Source: a virus. Taken from it: a DNA stretch of 64,000 nt. The stretch covers positions 2,494 to 66,493 of the IMG/VR virus record IMGVR_UViG_3300009173_000011; one strand, given 5' to 3'. The translations under genes and the position numbers were made by a program. Under the pieces are notes generated by a model. The model was not told the origin of the DNA. It saw only the letters and a list, made by a program, of their open reading frames with translations, and made no database searches. Shown in pieces: positions 49,984-58,229 of this stretch. Position 1 is the stretch's first letter. The number at the start of each line of letters is the position of its first letter.

Positions 49984-50265
49984 TTATTTAAAAATGCGAA
50001 TATTAATGTGGTCTATATCTATTAAGCCATCGACTTTTTCGATGCCGTGTTTGATGGTGGCATGATGAACCTCATGTCCGTGGTCATGCATATACCGTTT
50101 GATGTATACCAAGGGCATTCCGTGGCGTTTTTTACATAGATAAAATAAGATATGTCTGGCATCAACAATAGGTTTTTCCCTTGAACGAGAAAAAATGGCA
50201 TCTTCAGTTATCTGAAGTACCTTTGAGACAGACTTTAGGGATTGGTCAAAGAGTTCCGGAGTCAT
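49984..50265 (-). CDS. second DnaA domain IV-like HTH protein
   Basis: SRSR...IVDARH...YL...HHATIKHG..K. Confidence 0.75.
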   Translation of the reverse strand: MTPELFDQSLKSVSKVLQITEDAIFSRSREKPIVDARHILFYLCKKRHGMPLVYIKRYMHDHGHEVHHATIKHGIEKVDGLIDIDHINIRIFK

Positions 50266-50407
50266 AGGTTACTGGGTTTAATGAGATAATAAATTGCCTG
50301 GGCAAATAATAGATAGGAGTAGAAAGTCTCCTCGATTTTGGGGATCAAGTTTTCCATAATAGTGTGCTAATAGTGTAAAACTAGACAAAAACTTTTATAA
50401 AACAAAC

Positions 50408-50641
50408 TTATTGCTCAACTAAATCTTTAGCCTCATTTAAACTTCCGCAAAGCCGGCAAGTCTGGTGAGCTCCACGCCAAATCAACATACAACTTTTGTT
50501 AATTTTATGCGACCACACAACGATCGTTGCAATGTGAGCTTTGCCTTTAAAGGCTTTATATTGAATGCTTACATCATCCTTTACTTCCTGGTAGCTGATC
50601 TCCTCTTGGAGTTCTTGCCATCTGCGATATGAATTTTCCAT
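50408..50641 (-). CDS. hypothetical protein
   Basis: ORF in operon orientation. Confidence 0.5.
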   Translation of the reverse strand: MENSYRRWQELQEEISYQEVKDDVSIQYKAFKGKAHIATIVVWSHKINKSCMLIWRGAHQTCRLCGSLNEAKDLVEQ

Positions 50642-50662
50642 TTTATTTGGTGTGGTCCGGTG

Positions 50663-51109
50663 TTAGTCAGAAATTTCAAATTTAAGCTTTATTTGTAAAG
50701 GATGGGTATCTATGCGTGGTCTTTCTTTCCGTGACCAAGACCCACCACCACACTCGCCTACACATTTCCACCCTACTGCCTTGAGGGAGGAGCCAGTTTC
50801 CGACTTCAATATATATGTAATGAGTTTTTTATATCCCAGAGATTTGGTGACTCGCCAAGCTGCAGAGTACAATATGCTACACGCATTTTTGGTTCCATCG
50901 GTACAACACCGAGTTACCTCTAAAGTCCAACCATTGTCAAGATTTCTGGATACTGGTCTACCAACCATGATGACACCGACCACGGCATCATCTTTGGAAC
51001 AAGCAATTTGAAATATGGAACCTACTGGAGCCTTGTGATGCCTATGGTGGGTGTTAATAAAAAATTGAGCCTCTGCTTGTTTGATCGGAGTGAGTTCAAG
51101 CCTACTCAT
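50663..51109 (-). CDS. XF1762-like / Mom-like DNA-modifying GNAT protein
   Basis: F...HHRHH, VGRPVSR..D, LEVTR.CTDGT.NACS.LY, ITY.L.SE.G.SL.A.GW; likely start MSRLEL. Confidence 0.75.
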   Translation of the reverse strand: MSRLELTPIKQAEAQFFINTHHRHHKAPVGSIFQIACSKDDAVVGVIMVGRPVSRNLDNGWTLEVTRCCTDGTKNACSILYSAAWRVTKSLGYKKLITYILKSETGSSLKAVGWKCVGECGGGSWSRKERPRIDTHPLQIKLKFEISD

Positions 51110-51212
51110 CTTGGAAGTCTCTAAACCAGAAATATCCAAGCAACATCACTATGCCCAAAAAAAATAATATGAACGATGCGATGCAGTCTGCCGTTAGTAC
51201 TTCTGGATTCAT
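51102..51212 (-). CDS. 36-aa single-TM peptide
   Basis: MNPEVLTADCIASFILFFLGIVMLLGYFWFRDFQDE; overlaps both neighbours by 4-8 nt; not in ORF track. Confidence 0.5.
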   Translation of the reverse strand: MNPEVLTADCIASFILFFLGIVMLLGYFWFRDFQDE

Positions 51213-51856
51213 ATAGCACAATATTCTCTATACAAACAAGCCTCTAGCACTTCCTCACATAAGGTCTGGGGTAATTTACTTCTCTCATAGGCATCTTTAA
51301 GACCTTGGGTTCCAGTCTGGGAGCCTCTAGGAGCCGAGACATGGCACTTCATACCATTCTTACACGCTCTCCTTGACCTCCAGTTACGATTGTTAGTCCA
51401 GATGTCCGTAGGTTTCATATTGCATTCCCCATACTGACAATAGGTCACGCAATGGTGGTAAGGCAGAGCCACCATAAAGGGAGCCTTGCGTAGCTTACCT
51501 CTGGGGTTCTCTATATAATATATAAGGTTAGGATTAAGGCTTTGATAGTATCGGATTATCTCCAGAGTCTTTTGTACCAGTTCGATGCCTAGTCTGGCAC
51601 TAAAGGTTTTGGGTAAAAAGGTCTGTCCCTTAACCCAGTTTCTGCCTATGGCACTAACTGAAAAGCCTTGGCATGGGGGTGAGGCCCAGATGACATCTGG
51701 GACAAAAGGAACTACCTTGGGGTCGAAGTTACGGATGTCCTCGACATAGTCGATGCCCTCAAAGGCATTGATGTCAGAGGAGAAAACATTGTAGCCTTTG
51801 GCATCGCAAACTTTACCGATGCTACGGCTACCAGAAAAGAGTTCTAGTACATTCAT
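51209..51856 (-). CDS. short C5 DNA methyltransferase-like protein
   Basis: VLELFSGS, IWASPPC..FS, IENP, YCQYG...KPT.IW. Confidence 0.8.
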   Translation of the reverse strand: MNVLELFSGSRSIGKVCDAKGYNVFSSDINAFEGIDYVEDIRNFDPKVVPFVPDVIWASPPCQGFSVSAIGRNWVKGQTFLPKTFSARLGIELVQKTLEIIRYYQSLNPNLIYYIENPRGKLRKAPFMVALPYHHCVTYCQYGECNMKPTDIWTNNRNWRSRRACKNGMKCHVSAPRGSQTGTQGLKDAYERSKLPQTLCEEVLEACLYREYCAI

Positions 51857-52092
51857 AGTTGATTTAATTTAGGGTGTGTGATTTGAATAATGATATTCTC
51901 TCGTAGGATGTAATGGTCTGTGCCATCGGAGAGGATTTGAGTATCCCTCGCCTCAAGCTTTTCCCTCAATATGGTCATATCGATTTCGCTTATGCGAATG
52001 GAGTCGATGGTGTGAATTTCATCACGCATCTGGGCATCCAGTTGAATGCGACCAATGGGGAATAGCTTACTGGTTTTAATTTCCATATACAA
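51853..52092 (-). CDS. hypothetical protein
   Basis: ATGA overlap with MTase. Confidence 0.5.
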   Translation of the reverse strand: MYMEIKTSKLFPIGRIQLDAQMRDEIHTIDSIRISEIDMTILREKLEARDTQILSDGTDHYILRENIIIQITHPKLNQL

Positions 52093-52097
52093 AACTA

Positions 52098-52940
52098 CTA
52101 CTTCTTTAGGAATTTTTTAATCTGTGCCATCAATTCCGTTAACTCGGTAGTAGTCTCTGGATACAGAATGTCACAACCAAACAAGGTATCTACCTCATCG
52201 TATAAGTCAGAGAGTAAGATATTGGGTATGTCCAATTCGCTCATGTCTGTCTGGAGAGTGGAGTTTTCTACAATATCACCCACTTTGCCATACCATCCCC
52301 AGAGGTCTTTGGGATTAAAATTATCCCACATTACTTTGTGGTTATGCATCATAATATCCAGAACTTGAGTAGAGGGCAAAACAGACCATCTGATGTCCTT
52401 AATATCATCATCGAGATGATAATTATATGGAGATGCAAATAACTTCTCCAGATAGTCTTTCATGTCTTCCTTTTTAGGGGACTCCTCAAGGTAAGTAAAA
52501 TGATAAGCATAGGGAATCGTAGGTTTATCATCACCCCAGACTGCATCTTCGACTGCATCTTTAATGTCCTCGCCATCCACCTTAACGATTCTCAAGTCCT
52601 CATCCAGACTATCCTTATCCATGAATCCCTCTTTGATAGCATCCTTGATGGAGGCATGGTGTTCTTTAATATCTGCCTCTGCCTCTTCTCTGGTATCAAA
52701 CAATACGCTAACCTCTCCGTTGAAAAAAGCATCATCCCAATTAGAGCCATAAAGCCTCTGGACTTTATAAAATGCTTTAGGAGCTTTGGGGAGGTCATTG
52801 CCTTTCTCATCAACACTATCCCATGTGGGGGTTGACTCTCCATTAAAAGTTTTTGCGACCTCTTGTTTCGCTTGGTCGAGCGAGTAATCACCATTGTCCA
52901 GTAGGTCAAGGATGAAATCAATTTGTTTAATGTGACTCAT
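52098..52940 (-). CDS. acidic early hypothetical protein
   Basis: True start likely MSHIKQ (52940), directly after repeat element R1. Confidence 0.65.
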   Translation of the reverse strand: MSHIKQIDFILDLLDNGDYSLDQAKQEVAKTFNGESTPTWDSVDEKGNDLPKAPKAFYKVQRLYGSNWDDAFFNGEVSVLFDTREEAEADIKEHHASIKDAIKEGFMDKDSLDEDLRIVKVDGEDIKDAVEDAVWGDDKPTIPYAYHFTYLEESPKKEDMKDYLEKLFASPYNYHLDDDIKDIRWSVLPSTQVLDIMMHNHKVMWDNFNPKDLWGWYGKVGDIVENSTLQTDMSELDIPNILLSDLYDEVDTLFGCDILYPETTTELTELMAQIKKFLKK

Positions 52941-53034
52941 AATAAATTTGTTTAGTTTAAAAATAAATAGTTTTCCTACCCAGAAAGCCTCCCATCGAAC
53001 TAACAATGGGAGGCTTTTTTTGGTGTGATCAAAC
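52941..53034 (-). repeat. early-region hairpin element R1
   Basis: Minus strand GCCTCCCATTG-TTAGTT-CGATGGGAGGC-TTTCTGGGTA...AAACTAAACAAAT..ATG. Confidence 0.85.
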
Positions 53035-53502
53035 TCACCATCCATAAAAATACCCTTGATATTTGCAGTTCTTGGGAGCAAGTTTTGAGTCCCATTTGAC
53101 CGAATCATCTTCCACCAGTATGGGGAACTTAACAACCATGTTGCGTAAGGTCTTACGTTTCTTCCTAACACTCTTGTTGTAGTCTGCTATTAAATACCAG
53201 ATTCGCTCACCATCCTCTTGTAACATACCTATCTTGTGACCCTCTGGATACTCATTAGCTTTGATTAGCCGTGGGGGATGGGCAAGGAGTAATCCCTTAT
53301 CCCTATCACCATCACCACCATTCATCTCATCCAGAAGTTCATAATAGTCCTTGCCTCCAAATTCACCATACCCCTCGTATTGCGTTTCAAGGTATTTGTT
53401 GCCTTTGTCATCAAGCATTGTTACATCAAAAGTTTCACGTTTTGAATAAGTATTCGGTATACTCTTGTTTGTATCCGAAGTCTTCCAACTAAAAAATCCC
53501 AT
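53035..53502 (-). CDS. conserved phage early protein
   Basis: MGFFSW.TSDT..SI, YEGYGEFGGKDYYELL, C.YQGYFY motifs. Confidence 0.7.
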   Translation of the reverse strand: MGFFSWKTSDTNKSIPNTYSKRETFDVTMLDDKGNKYLETQYEGYGEFGGKDYYELLDEMNGGDGDRDKGLLLAHPPRLIKANEYPEGHKIGMLQEDGERIWYLIADYNKSVRKKRKTLRNMVVKFPILVEDDSVKWDSKLAPKNCKYQGYFYGW

Positions 53503-53599
53503 AATAATATTGTTTAAATTAAAAAATAGTTTTCCTACCTCAAAACCCCACCTCGACCGAAGTCAAGAGTGGGGCATCAAGGAACTAAACTAAACTATA
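53503..53599 (-). repeat. early-region hairpin element R2 (C-UUCG-G loop variant)
   Basis: GCCCCACTCTTGAC-TTCG-GTCGAGGTGGGGT-TTTGAGGTA. Confidence 0.75.
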
Positions 53600-54391
53600 C
53601 TAACACTTAATTACGGCACTCACGCAAGGGGTTTGGCATCCGATGTTATCAACGTACTCTACGATAGCTTTATAGGAGCCATCCTTATCACCCTCGGCTA
53701 CGGCAATGAACCCATAATCATAAAGCATGGTCGCAGTATCGATATCCAAGTTGGTGGAATGCTCCCAACATTGTTCTACCACGGCTTGTATCCACCTCCA
53801 ATCGCAATGGAACCGAAGATGGTCATCATCCTTACTCCCCTCTACCCATCCCTCAATGAGGTTATCCTTATTCCACCACAAGCGAATGTCGGTGGTCTGA
53901 TTCTCCAATCCTAACCACTCGGCAAGAGCAATGTTCTGCTCCGTGATTGTGGGGGCATTTTGACCTAGTGGAATTTGTGCCGGATTGTGTCTGGACTCAT
54001 CGAAATCACTCCAGTATGCCTTGCCCAGATGCATAGGTTGAATCCATGCACCAAAGTAGTCGAAAAACTCCTCTTTGCTCTTCTGGCCGTGCCGATTTCC
54101 ACCCTCGGATTTATTCCTAGAATCGGCAATGTCTTTGTACTCTTTATAAAGGAGGTCTTTTATGTTCTCCTCACTCGTGCCAAAGGCTATCAATACCTCA
54201 CCATGAACCTCATCGCATCGACCGACCCAGATGGTTCCTAAAATTTCACTTGCCTTGTTACACGCATCAATCATTTCTTGATGATGCTCTTCAAGGTTGC
54301 TCGTGCCAATTATCTCATCGATGTAATTAGCAGATTCACATACACCACTAATGATGGTGTTAATGTCTTGTACTTGTTTTGGTATTTTCAT
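53600..54391 (-). CDS. early hypothetical protein
   Basis: Single ORF between R3 and R2; N.ALAEWLG...F..DW.WI..VVE C-terminal module. Confidence 0.65.
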   Translation of the reverse strand: MKIPKQVQDINTIISGVCESANYIDEIIGTSNLEEHHQEMIDACNKASEILGTIWVGRCDEVHGEVLIAFGTSEENIKDLLYKEYKDIADSRNKSEGGNRHGQKSKEEFFDYFGAWIQPMHLGKAYWSDFDESRHNPAQIPLGQNAPTITEQNIALAEWLGLENQTTDIRLWWNKDNLIEGWVEGSKDDDHLRFHCDWRWIQAVVEQCWEHSTNLDIDTATMLYDYGFIAVAEGDKDGSYKAIVEYVDNIGCQTPCVSAVIKC

Positions 54392-54489
54392 AATAATTCA
54401 ATTTAATTTAGTTTAAAAAATGACTTCTACCCAAAATCCCCCACTACCAATTAAGATAGTGAGGGTGTGGTCTGGAGTTAGAGGGTATC
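54392..54489 (-). repeat. early-region hairpin element R3
   Basis: CCCTCACTATC-TTAATT-GGTAGTGGGGG-ATTTTGGGTA. Confidence 0.85.
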
Positions 54490-55047
54490 TTACACCTTAA
54501 TGCCTAGACTCGCAAGGTGGGGTTTGTTGAGTACATCTTCACCATCGGCAATCATCTCATCATAACCTCCTTGGAGGACTGCAAGACCTTTATCACCAAA
54601 TAAAGATAGGGTCTTCGCCAGATTGATACTTCGGCTCGTTCTCCCCTTTTTAACTCGTGGTTTCCAGATAGCATATCCATCCTCTCTGGCTATGATGATG
54701 CCCTCCTTATCTCTCTTTTTATTCTCCATGATTTGCAGAACATCATTCAACACACAATCCCAATCCTTATTCAAAGGGGTGTCATTATAGATGTAAGCCG
54801 TATCGTACTCCTTGAGTATCTTCCAGTCGAATTGGGACATAATGGGCATCCCTTTTTTGTCTTGACCCATGCATTGGTCATACTGGTTACCACCACCCCA
54901 TGCATCATCAAATACATGGGCAATGAATTTGCCATCAAAGTAGAAGTCGCAATTTAACCCACTCATGCCATCGTGTCCACGATGATACTTAACTTTTTTA
55001 AGGGTTATTCTGTCTACTAATTCCGTAAGATCTTTTAGTTCACTCAT
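54490..55047 (-). CDS. early hypothetical protein
   Basis: LK.VK......G.NCD.Y.DGK.IA.V.DD.WGG motif. Confidence 0.65.
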   Translation of the reverse strand: MSELKDLTELVDRITLKKVKYHRGHDGMSGLNCDFYFDGKFIAHVFDDAWGGGNQYDQCMGQDKKGMPIMSQFDWKILKEYDTAYIYNDTPLNKDWDCVLNDVLQIMENKKRDKEGIIIAREDGYAIWKPRVKKGRTSRSINLAKTLSLFGDKGLAVLQGGYDEMIADGEDVLNKPHLASLGIKV

Positions 55048-55139
55048 AATAATTTCATTTAATTTAGTTAATAATAATTACCCAAAATGCCCCCCTACGA
55101 ACTAACATAGGGAGGCTTGGGGTCAATAGAGGCTCTGTA
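55048..55139 (-). repeat. early-region hairpin element R4
   Basis: GCCTCCCTATG-TTAGTT-CGTAGGGGGGC-ATTTTGGGTA. Confidence 0.85.
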
Positions 55140-56120
55140 TTAGCTTATCATCTGTTTAATGATAGATATCAGTTGAGCATTACTGAAGTCTCCATACTCC
55201 CCACTTGGAGGGGGTGTAAGGGTCAAAGTGTTAGGCTCTTGTTTCAACGCAGATAGTTCATCTCTAACCTCACCATATTTCACTTGAATCGTATAAAGGT
55301 CATCCATCTCATTCTTCAACTCAACACATCGTGCCTCATACTCATCCAGTTTGAAGTCTTTCTCATTCTCCAGTTCCTTGATGCACACATCGGAAAGGAC
55401 TATGTTATTCTTCAACTGGGCAACCTCTTTCTCCAGTAGCCTCTCATTGTTTATAGAGGTGCTTAATTGATGTTCAAGCGTTTGGATACAAGCATAGTGA
55501 CCACAATCATTCTTGGAGGATTCCGTAGTTAACCTATCAACCTCCGACTCCAGATATTGAATAGTCTGCTTTTTAAGATTCACGGCATTGTTCATGGCAT
55601 CAATGGTTACATAGTTTAAAGGTAAGTTCTCCTCTCGGTTATGAATGATGTCCTTGAGCCTCTTAATTTCCCACTCCAATCTACCTACCCTCGGCAATTT
55701 GTTAGCCAGAACCGAGTTCATTAAGTATACTTCACCCCTAGCCGTGACCACATATTTGCCATCCTGTTTTTTAAAGTATCCCCTATCTGACAAGACACCT
55801 AACTGGACACTCCAGTATCCCTCTTGGTATGCCTTACCATTTAACTCCTCACATATAAAGGTCACTATCTCCTTTCTGGTCTTGGGAGTGTTAGCCTTAA
55901 TGTAGGCTAGTACTTTCTGCGACTTGTTTAAGGTAACTTTCTGGCTATTGATGTAGCCACCACATCCCATCGCATTAATCTCATCAGTCGCACCCTCCAG
56001 AGTGTCATGCTCACCAACAAAAGTGTTGCTTTCATGGATGTCCATTGTTGTTACTGAAAAGTCTGTAGGGTCGGTATGAAATTCTTCAACCATTGCCCAA
56101 ATTTTGAATTTTGTTTCCAT
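55140..56120 (-). CDS. early protein with winged-helix-like domain and long coiled coil
   Basis: L..L..RGYF.K.DGKYVVT.RG wHTH pattern; heptads in C-half. Confidence 0.6.
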   Translation of the reverse strand: METKFKIWAMVEEFHTDPTDFSVTTMDIHESNTFVGEHDTLEGATDEINAMGCGGYINSQKVTLNKSQKVLAYIKANTPKTRKEIVTFICEELNGKAYQEGYWSVQLGVLSDRGYFKKQDGKYVVTARGEVYLMNSVLANKLPRVGRLEWEIKRLKDIIHNREENLPLNYVTIDAMNNAVNLKKQTIQYLESEVDRLTTESSKNDCGHYACIQTLEHQLSTSINNERLLEKEVAQLKNNIVLSDVCIKELENEKDFKLDEYEARCVELKNEMDDLYTIQVKYGEVRDELSALKQEPNTLTLTPPPSGEYGDFSNAQLISIIKQMIS

Positions 56121-56208
56121 AGTACTTTTAATTTAGTTTAGTTAATAATACCCACAAATCCCCCCATCGAACTAACAATGGGGGGCATGGGTCTGGGGTT
56201 ATTACTTG
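56121..56208 (-). repeat. early-region hairpin element R5
   Basis: AATAACCCCAGA...CCCCCCATTG-TTAGTT-CGATGGGGGG-ATTTGTGGGTATTATT-AACTAAACTAAATT. Confidence 0.85.
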
Positions 56209-56562
56209 TCAGAGGCTCTTATCCCAATTTGAGTATGCCCACTCCTCCAGAATCTCTTCGATGTCCTCCCAACAATCTGACATACAATCTGGAACCTCTT
56301 GCCAATCGATATCATTAGGCTCTCTGGAGCCATCTGTTACGAGTTTAAGTGTACCCTCAATCTCTACCAGATGGGGAGAGGTTCTCCCATCAGTATATCT
56401 CAACTCCATATTCCATAGGGTATCCCTATTGGATATATGGATGTGATAGTCTGGATAGTATATGCCTCGGTTATCACATTTCCATGTCCACATATGTGGC
56501 TCTTCAATTCCAGAGGTATCATGTACCTTGGTCTTCGCATAATTCCATAGTCTTTTCTTCAT
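56209..56562 (-). CDS. early hypothetical protein
   Basis: ORF in operon orientation. Confidence 0.55.
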   Translation of the reverse strand: MKKRLWNYAKTKVHDTSGIEEPHMWTWKCDNRGIYYPDYHIHISNRDTLWNMELRYTDGRTSPHLVEIEGTLKLVTDGSREPNDIDWQEVPDCMSDCWEDIEEILEEWAYSNWDKSL

Positions 56563-56708
56563 TATCTTCTGTATTTAATTTGAGTTAAATGCTCATGCTT
56601 TACCCAGTATCCAATGCTCATTTTAGCCATCGATACTGCGTGGTTTATATCCTCTCCGAAGATATAGCCATAAGACTTCTTTTCCTTGATTACGTGATAC
56701 ATTTTCAT
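56562..56708 (-). CDS. 48-aa hypothetical protein
   Basis: MKMYHVIKEKKSYG...; TAATG coupling to next gene; not in ORF track. Confidence 0.5.
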   Translation of the reverse strand: MKMYHVIKEKKSYGYIFGEDINHAVSMAKMSIGYWVKHEHLTQIKYRR

Positions 56709-56712
56709 AGGC

Positions 56713-57255
56713 TTATGCTTTTAAAGCTTTGGGGGTAGAATCATCTGTCTTGAACTCCGTTCCATCACCCTCACCAATGCCAACATAAAACTTGCATTTC
56801 TTACAACATAAATCAATGTCGTAATAGCTTGAGTATGTACCACAACAATCGGTCATCCTTTCACCCTCGGCATTGTACTTCTTGGTGATTAATTTATGCT
56901 CCCAGATTAAGCCGTTTGAGATGTCAACGACAAAGATTTTATTGGTGGGGTGTAGTGTTAGAATCTCGGCTATATATGGCTCACCCTCCCATGTGGGGTC
57001 AACGTACTCAAGTCCTACGATTTGTTTAGTAGCTATAGACAAGAGGGAATCTGAACTATAATGAATCTTAAAACTCCACTCATCACCCTCTTTAAGGCAT
57101 CCCTCTTCATTCCAGAGTTTAACGAACTCTACGATGTCCTCAACTGGGAGATAGGGTAAACTCCACCCATTCCATCTCTTATGATGGTCGAGGTAGCAAA
57201 TAGGAAATTTGGCATCTATGCCATCTATTGAAATTTGTGCTTTTTGATAAGTCAT
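56713..57255 (-). CDS. early hypothetical protein with C-terminal Zn-ribbon-like Cys motif
   Basis: RWNGWSLPY motif; TDCCG...CCKKC. Confidence 0.65.
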   Translation of the reverse strand: MTYQKAQISIDGIDAKFPICYLDHHKRWNGWSLPYLPVEDIVEFVKLWNEEGCLKEGDEWSFKIHYSSDSLLSIATKQIVGLEYVDPTWEGEPYIAEILTLHPTNKIFVVDISNGLIWEHKLITKKYNAEGERMTDCCGTYSSYYDIDLCCKKCKFYVGIGEGDGTEFKTDDSTPKALKA

Positions 57256-57344
57256 AATATTAAATTTAGTTTAGTTAATAATACCCACAAAGCCTCGACC
57301 GATTAGGGTACGAGGCGAGGGGTCTGGGGTTATTGGTTTAAGCT
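57256..57344 (-). repeat. early-region hairpin element R6
   Basis: AATAACCCCAGACCCCTC-GCCTCGTACC-CTAATC-GGTCGAGGC-TTTGTGGGTATTATT. Confidence 0.85.
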
Positions 57345-57578
57345 TTATTGTCGGCTCTGTTTACCAATTAATAGGATGCATCCGACACATCCAAAAAAGA
57401 ATAAAAATCCACTATAGATTGATGCCTCTGGTGAATTGAAATGAGGACTCGTTAAGCTTATCATTAAACCCATATAACAAAGCACCAAAGATACCAATGG
57501 TGATAATTGTTTAATGATGTAAATACTGGCATTGATTGTGCCTCTTGTCTCGATTAAATTTGCGATGTAATTTTTCAT
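57345..57578 (-). CDS. small membrane protein
   Basis: Two hydrophobic segments; bounded by R7 and R6. Confidence 0.6.
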   Translation of the reverse strand: MKNYIANLIETRGTINASIYIIKQLSPLVSLVLCYMGLMISLTSPHFNSPEASIYSGFLFFFGCVGCILLIGKQSRQ

Positions 57579-57666
57579 AATAATTCAATTTAGTTTAGTT
57601 AAAAATACCTACAAAGCCCCACAACCAATTAAGGATGTGAGGCGAGGGGTCTGGGGTTATTGGTTT
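57579..57666 (-). repeat. early-region hairpin element R7
   Basis: AATAACCCCAGACCCCTC-GCCTCACATCC-TTAATT-GGTTGTGGGGC-TTTGTAGGTA. Confidence 0.85.
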
Positions 57667-57921
57667 TTACCACCTTTGAACTGGTGGTTTTTTCTTCAAC
57701 TCTTCAAAGGTCTGTTCTTTAACTTTACGTAAGCCTTGGACACATCCCAGAGGTTGTTCATTCCACTTTCTGTCATATAGATATACTATCCAATCATTAT
57801 AATATTTATGCGTTTGAATAACACAAGCAATTTTGGTCTTCTGTGGCTCATATTCATTGGTGCAAAGTATATGTTCCTCATTTGTCCATTTGACCCATTT
57901 TAAATCTTTAGTTTTTGTCAT
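57667..57921 (-). CDS. early hypothetical protein
   Basis: (AAACT)n leader. Confidence 0.6.
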   Translation of the reverse strand: MTKTKDLKWVKWTNEEHILCTNEYEPQKTKIACVIQTHKYYNDWIVYLYDRKWNEQPLGCVQGLRKVKEQTFEELKKKPPVQRW

Positions 57922-57967
57922 AATACTCTAGTTTTAGTTTAGTTTTTTTGATGACTGTTTTTTTGAT

Positions 57968-58147
57968 CTAGCTTTTAAATTCGTGTAATGTAACGGCAAT
58001 AATCATAAATATTAAAGGGAATAATATGGCTATTTGTAGCACCTCTACAATGCCCCAGAACGCAAAGCAAATCATTCCAGATGCAATAAGCACAAACATT
58101 AAAATAGCCATAAAATAAATGATGTAATCGATAATCTTGTTAGTCAT
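57968..58147 (-). CDS. 59-aa two-TM membrane protein
   Basis: MTNKIIDYIIYFMAILMFVLIASGMICFAFWG...; directly after R8; not in ORF track. Confidence 0.6.
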   Translation of the reverse strand: MTNKIIDYIIYFMAILMFVLIASGMICFAFWGIVEVLQIAILFPLIFMIIAVTLHEFKS

Positions 58148-58229
58148 AATAATTTAGTTTAGTTAGTAATACCTACAATGCCCCCTAACGAACTAACGCT
58201 AGGAGGCTTATAGGAGGCTTATAAGAGGC
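58148..58229 (-). repeat. early-region hairpin element R8
   Basis: GCCTCCTAGCG-TTAGTT-CGTTAGGGGGC-ATTGTAGGTA. Confidence 0.85.

Noticed and set aside
52941-53171. 5' extension of ORF 52098-53171
   Set aside because: It runs through hairpin R1 and overlaps the 53035-53502 gene; the start at 52940 has the standard leader.
52941-58229. CRISPR array or canonical integron attC array
   Set aside because: Units are separated by whole genes rather than 30-40 bp spacers, and the repeats are degenerate. I could not find paired RYYYAAC/GTTRRRY boxes, and no cas or integrase gene was recognised.
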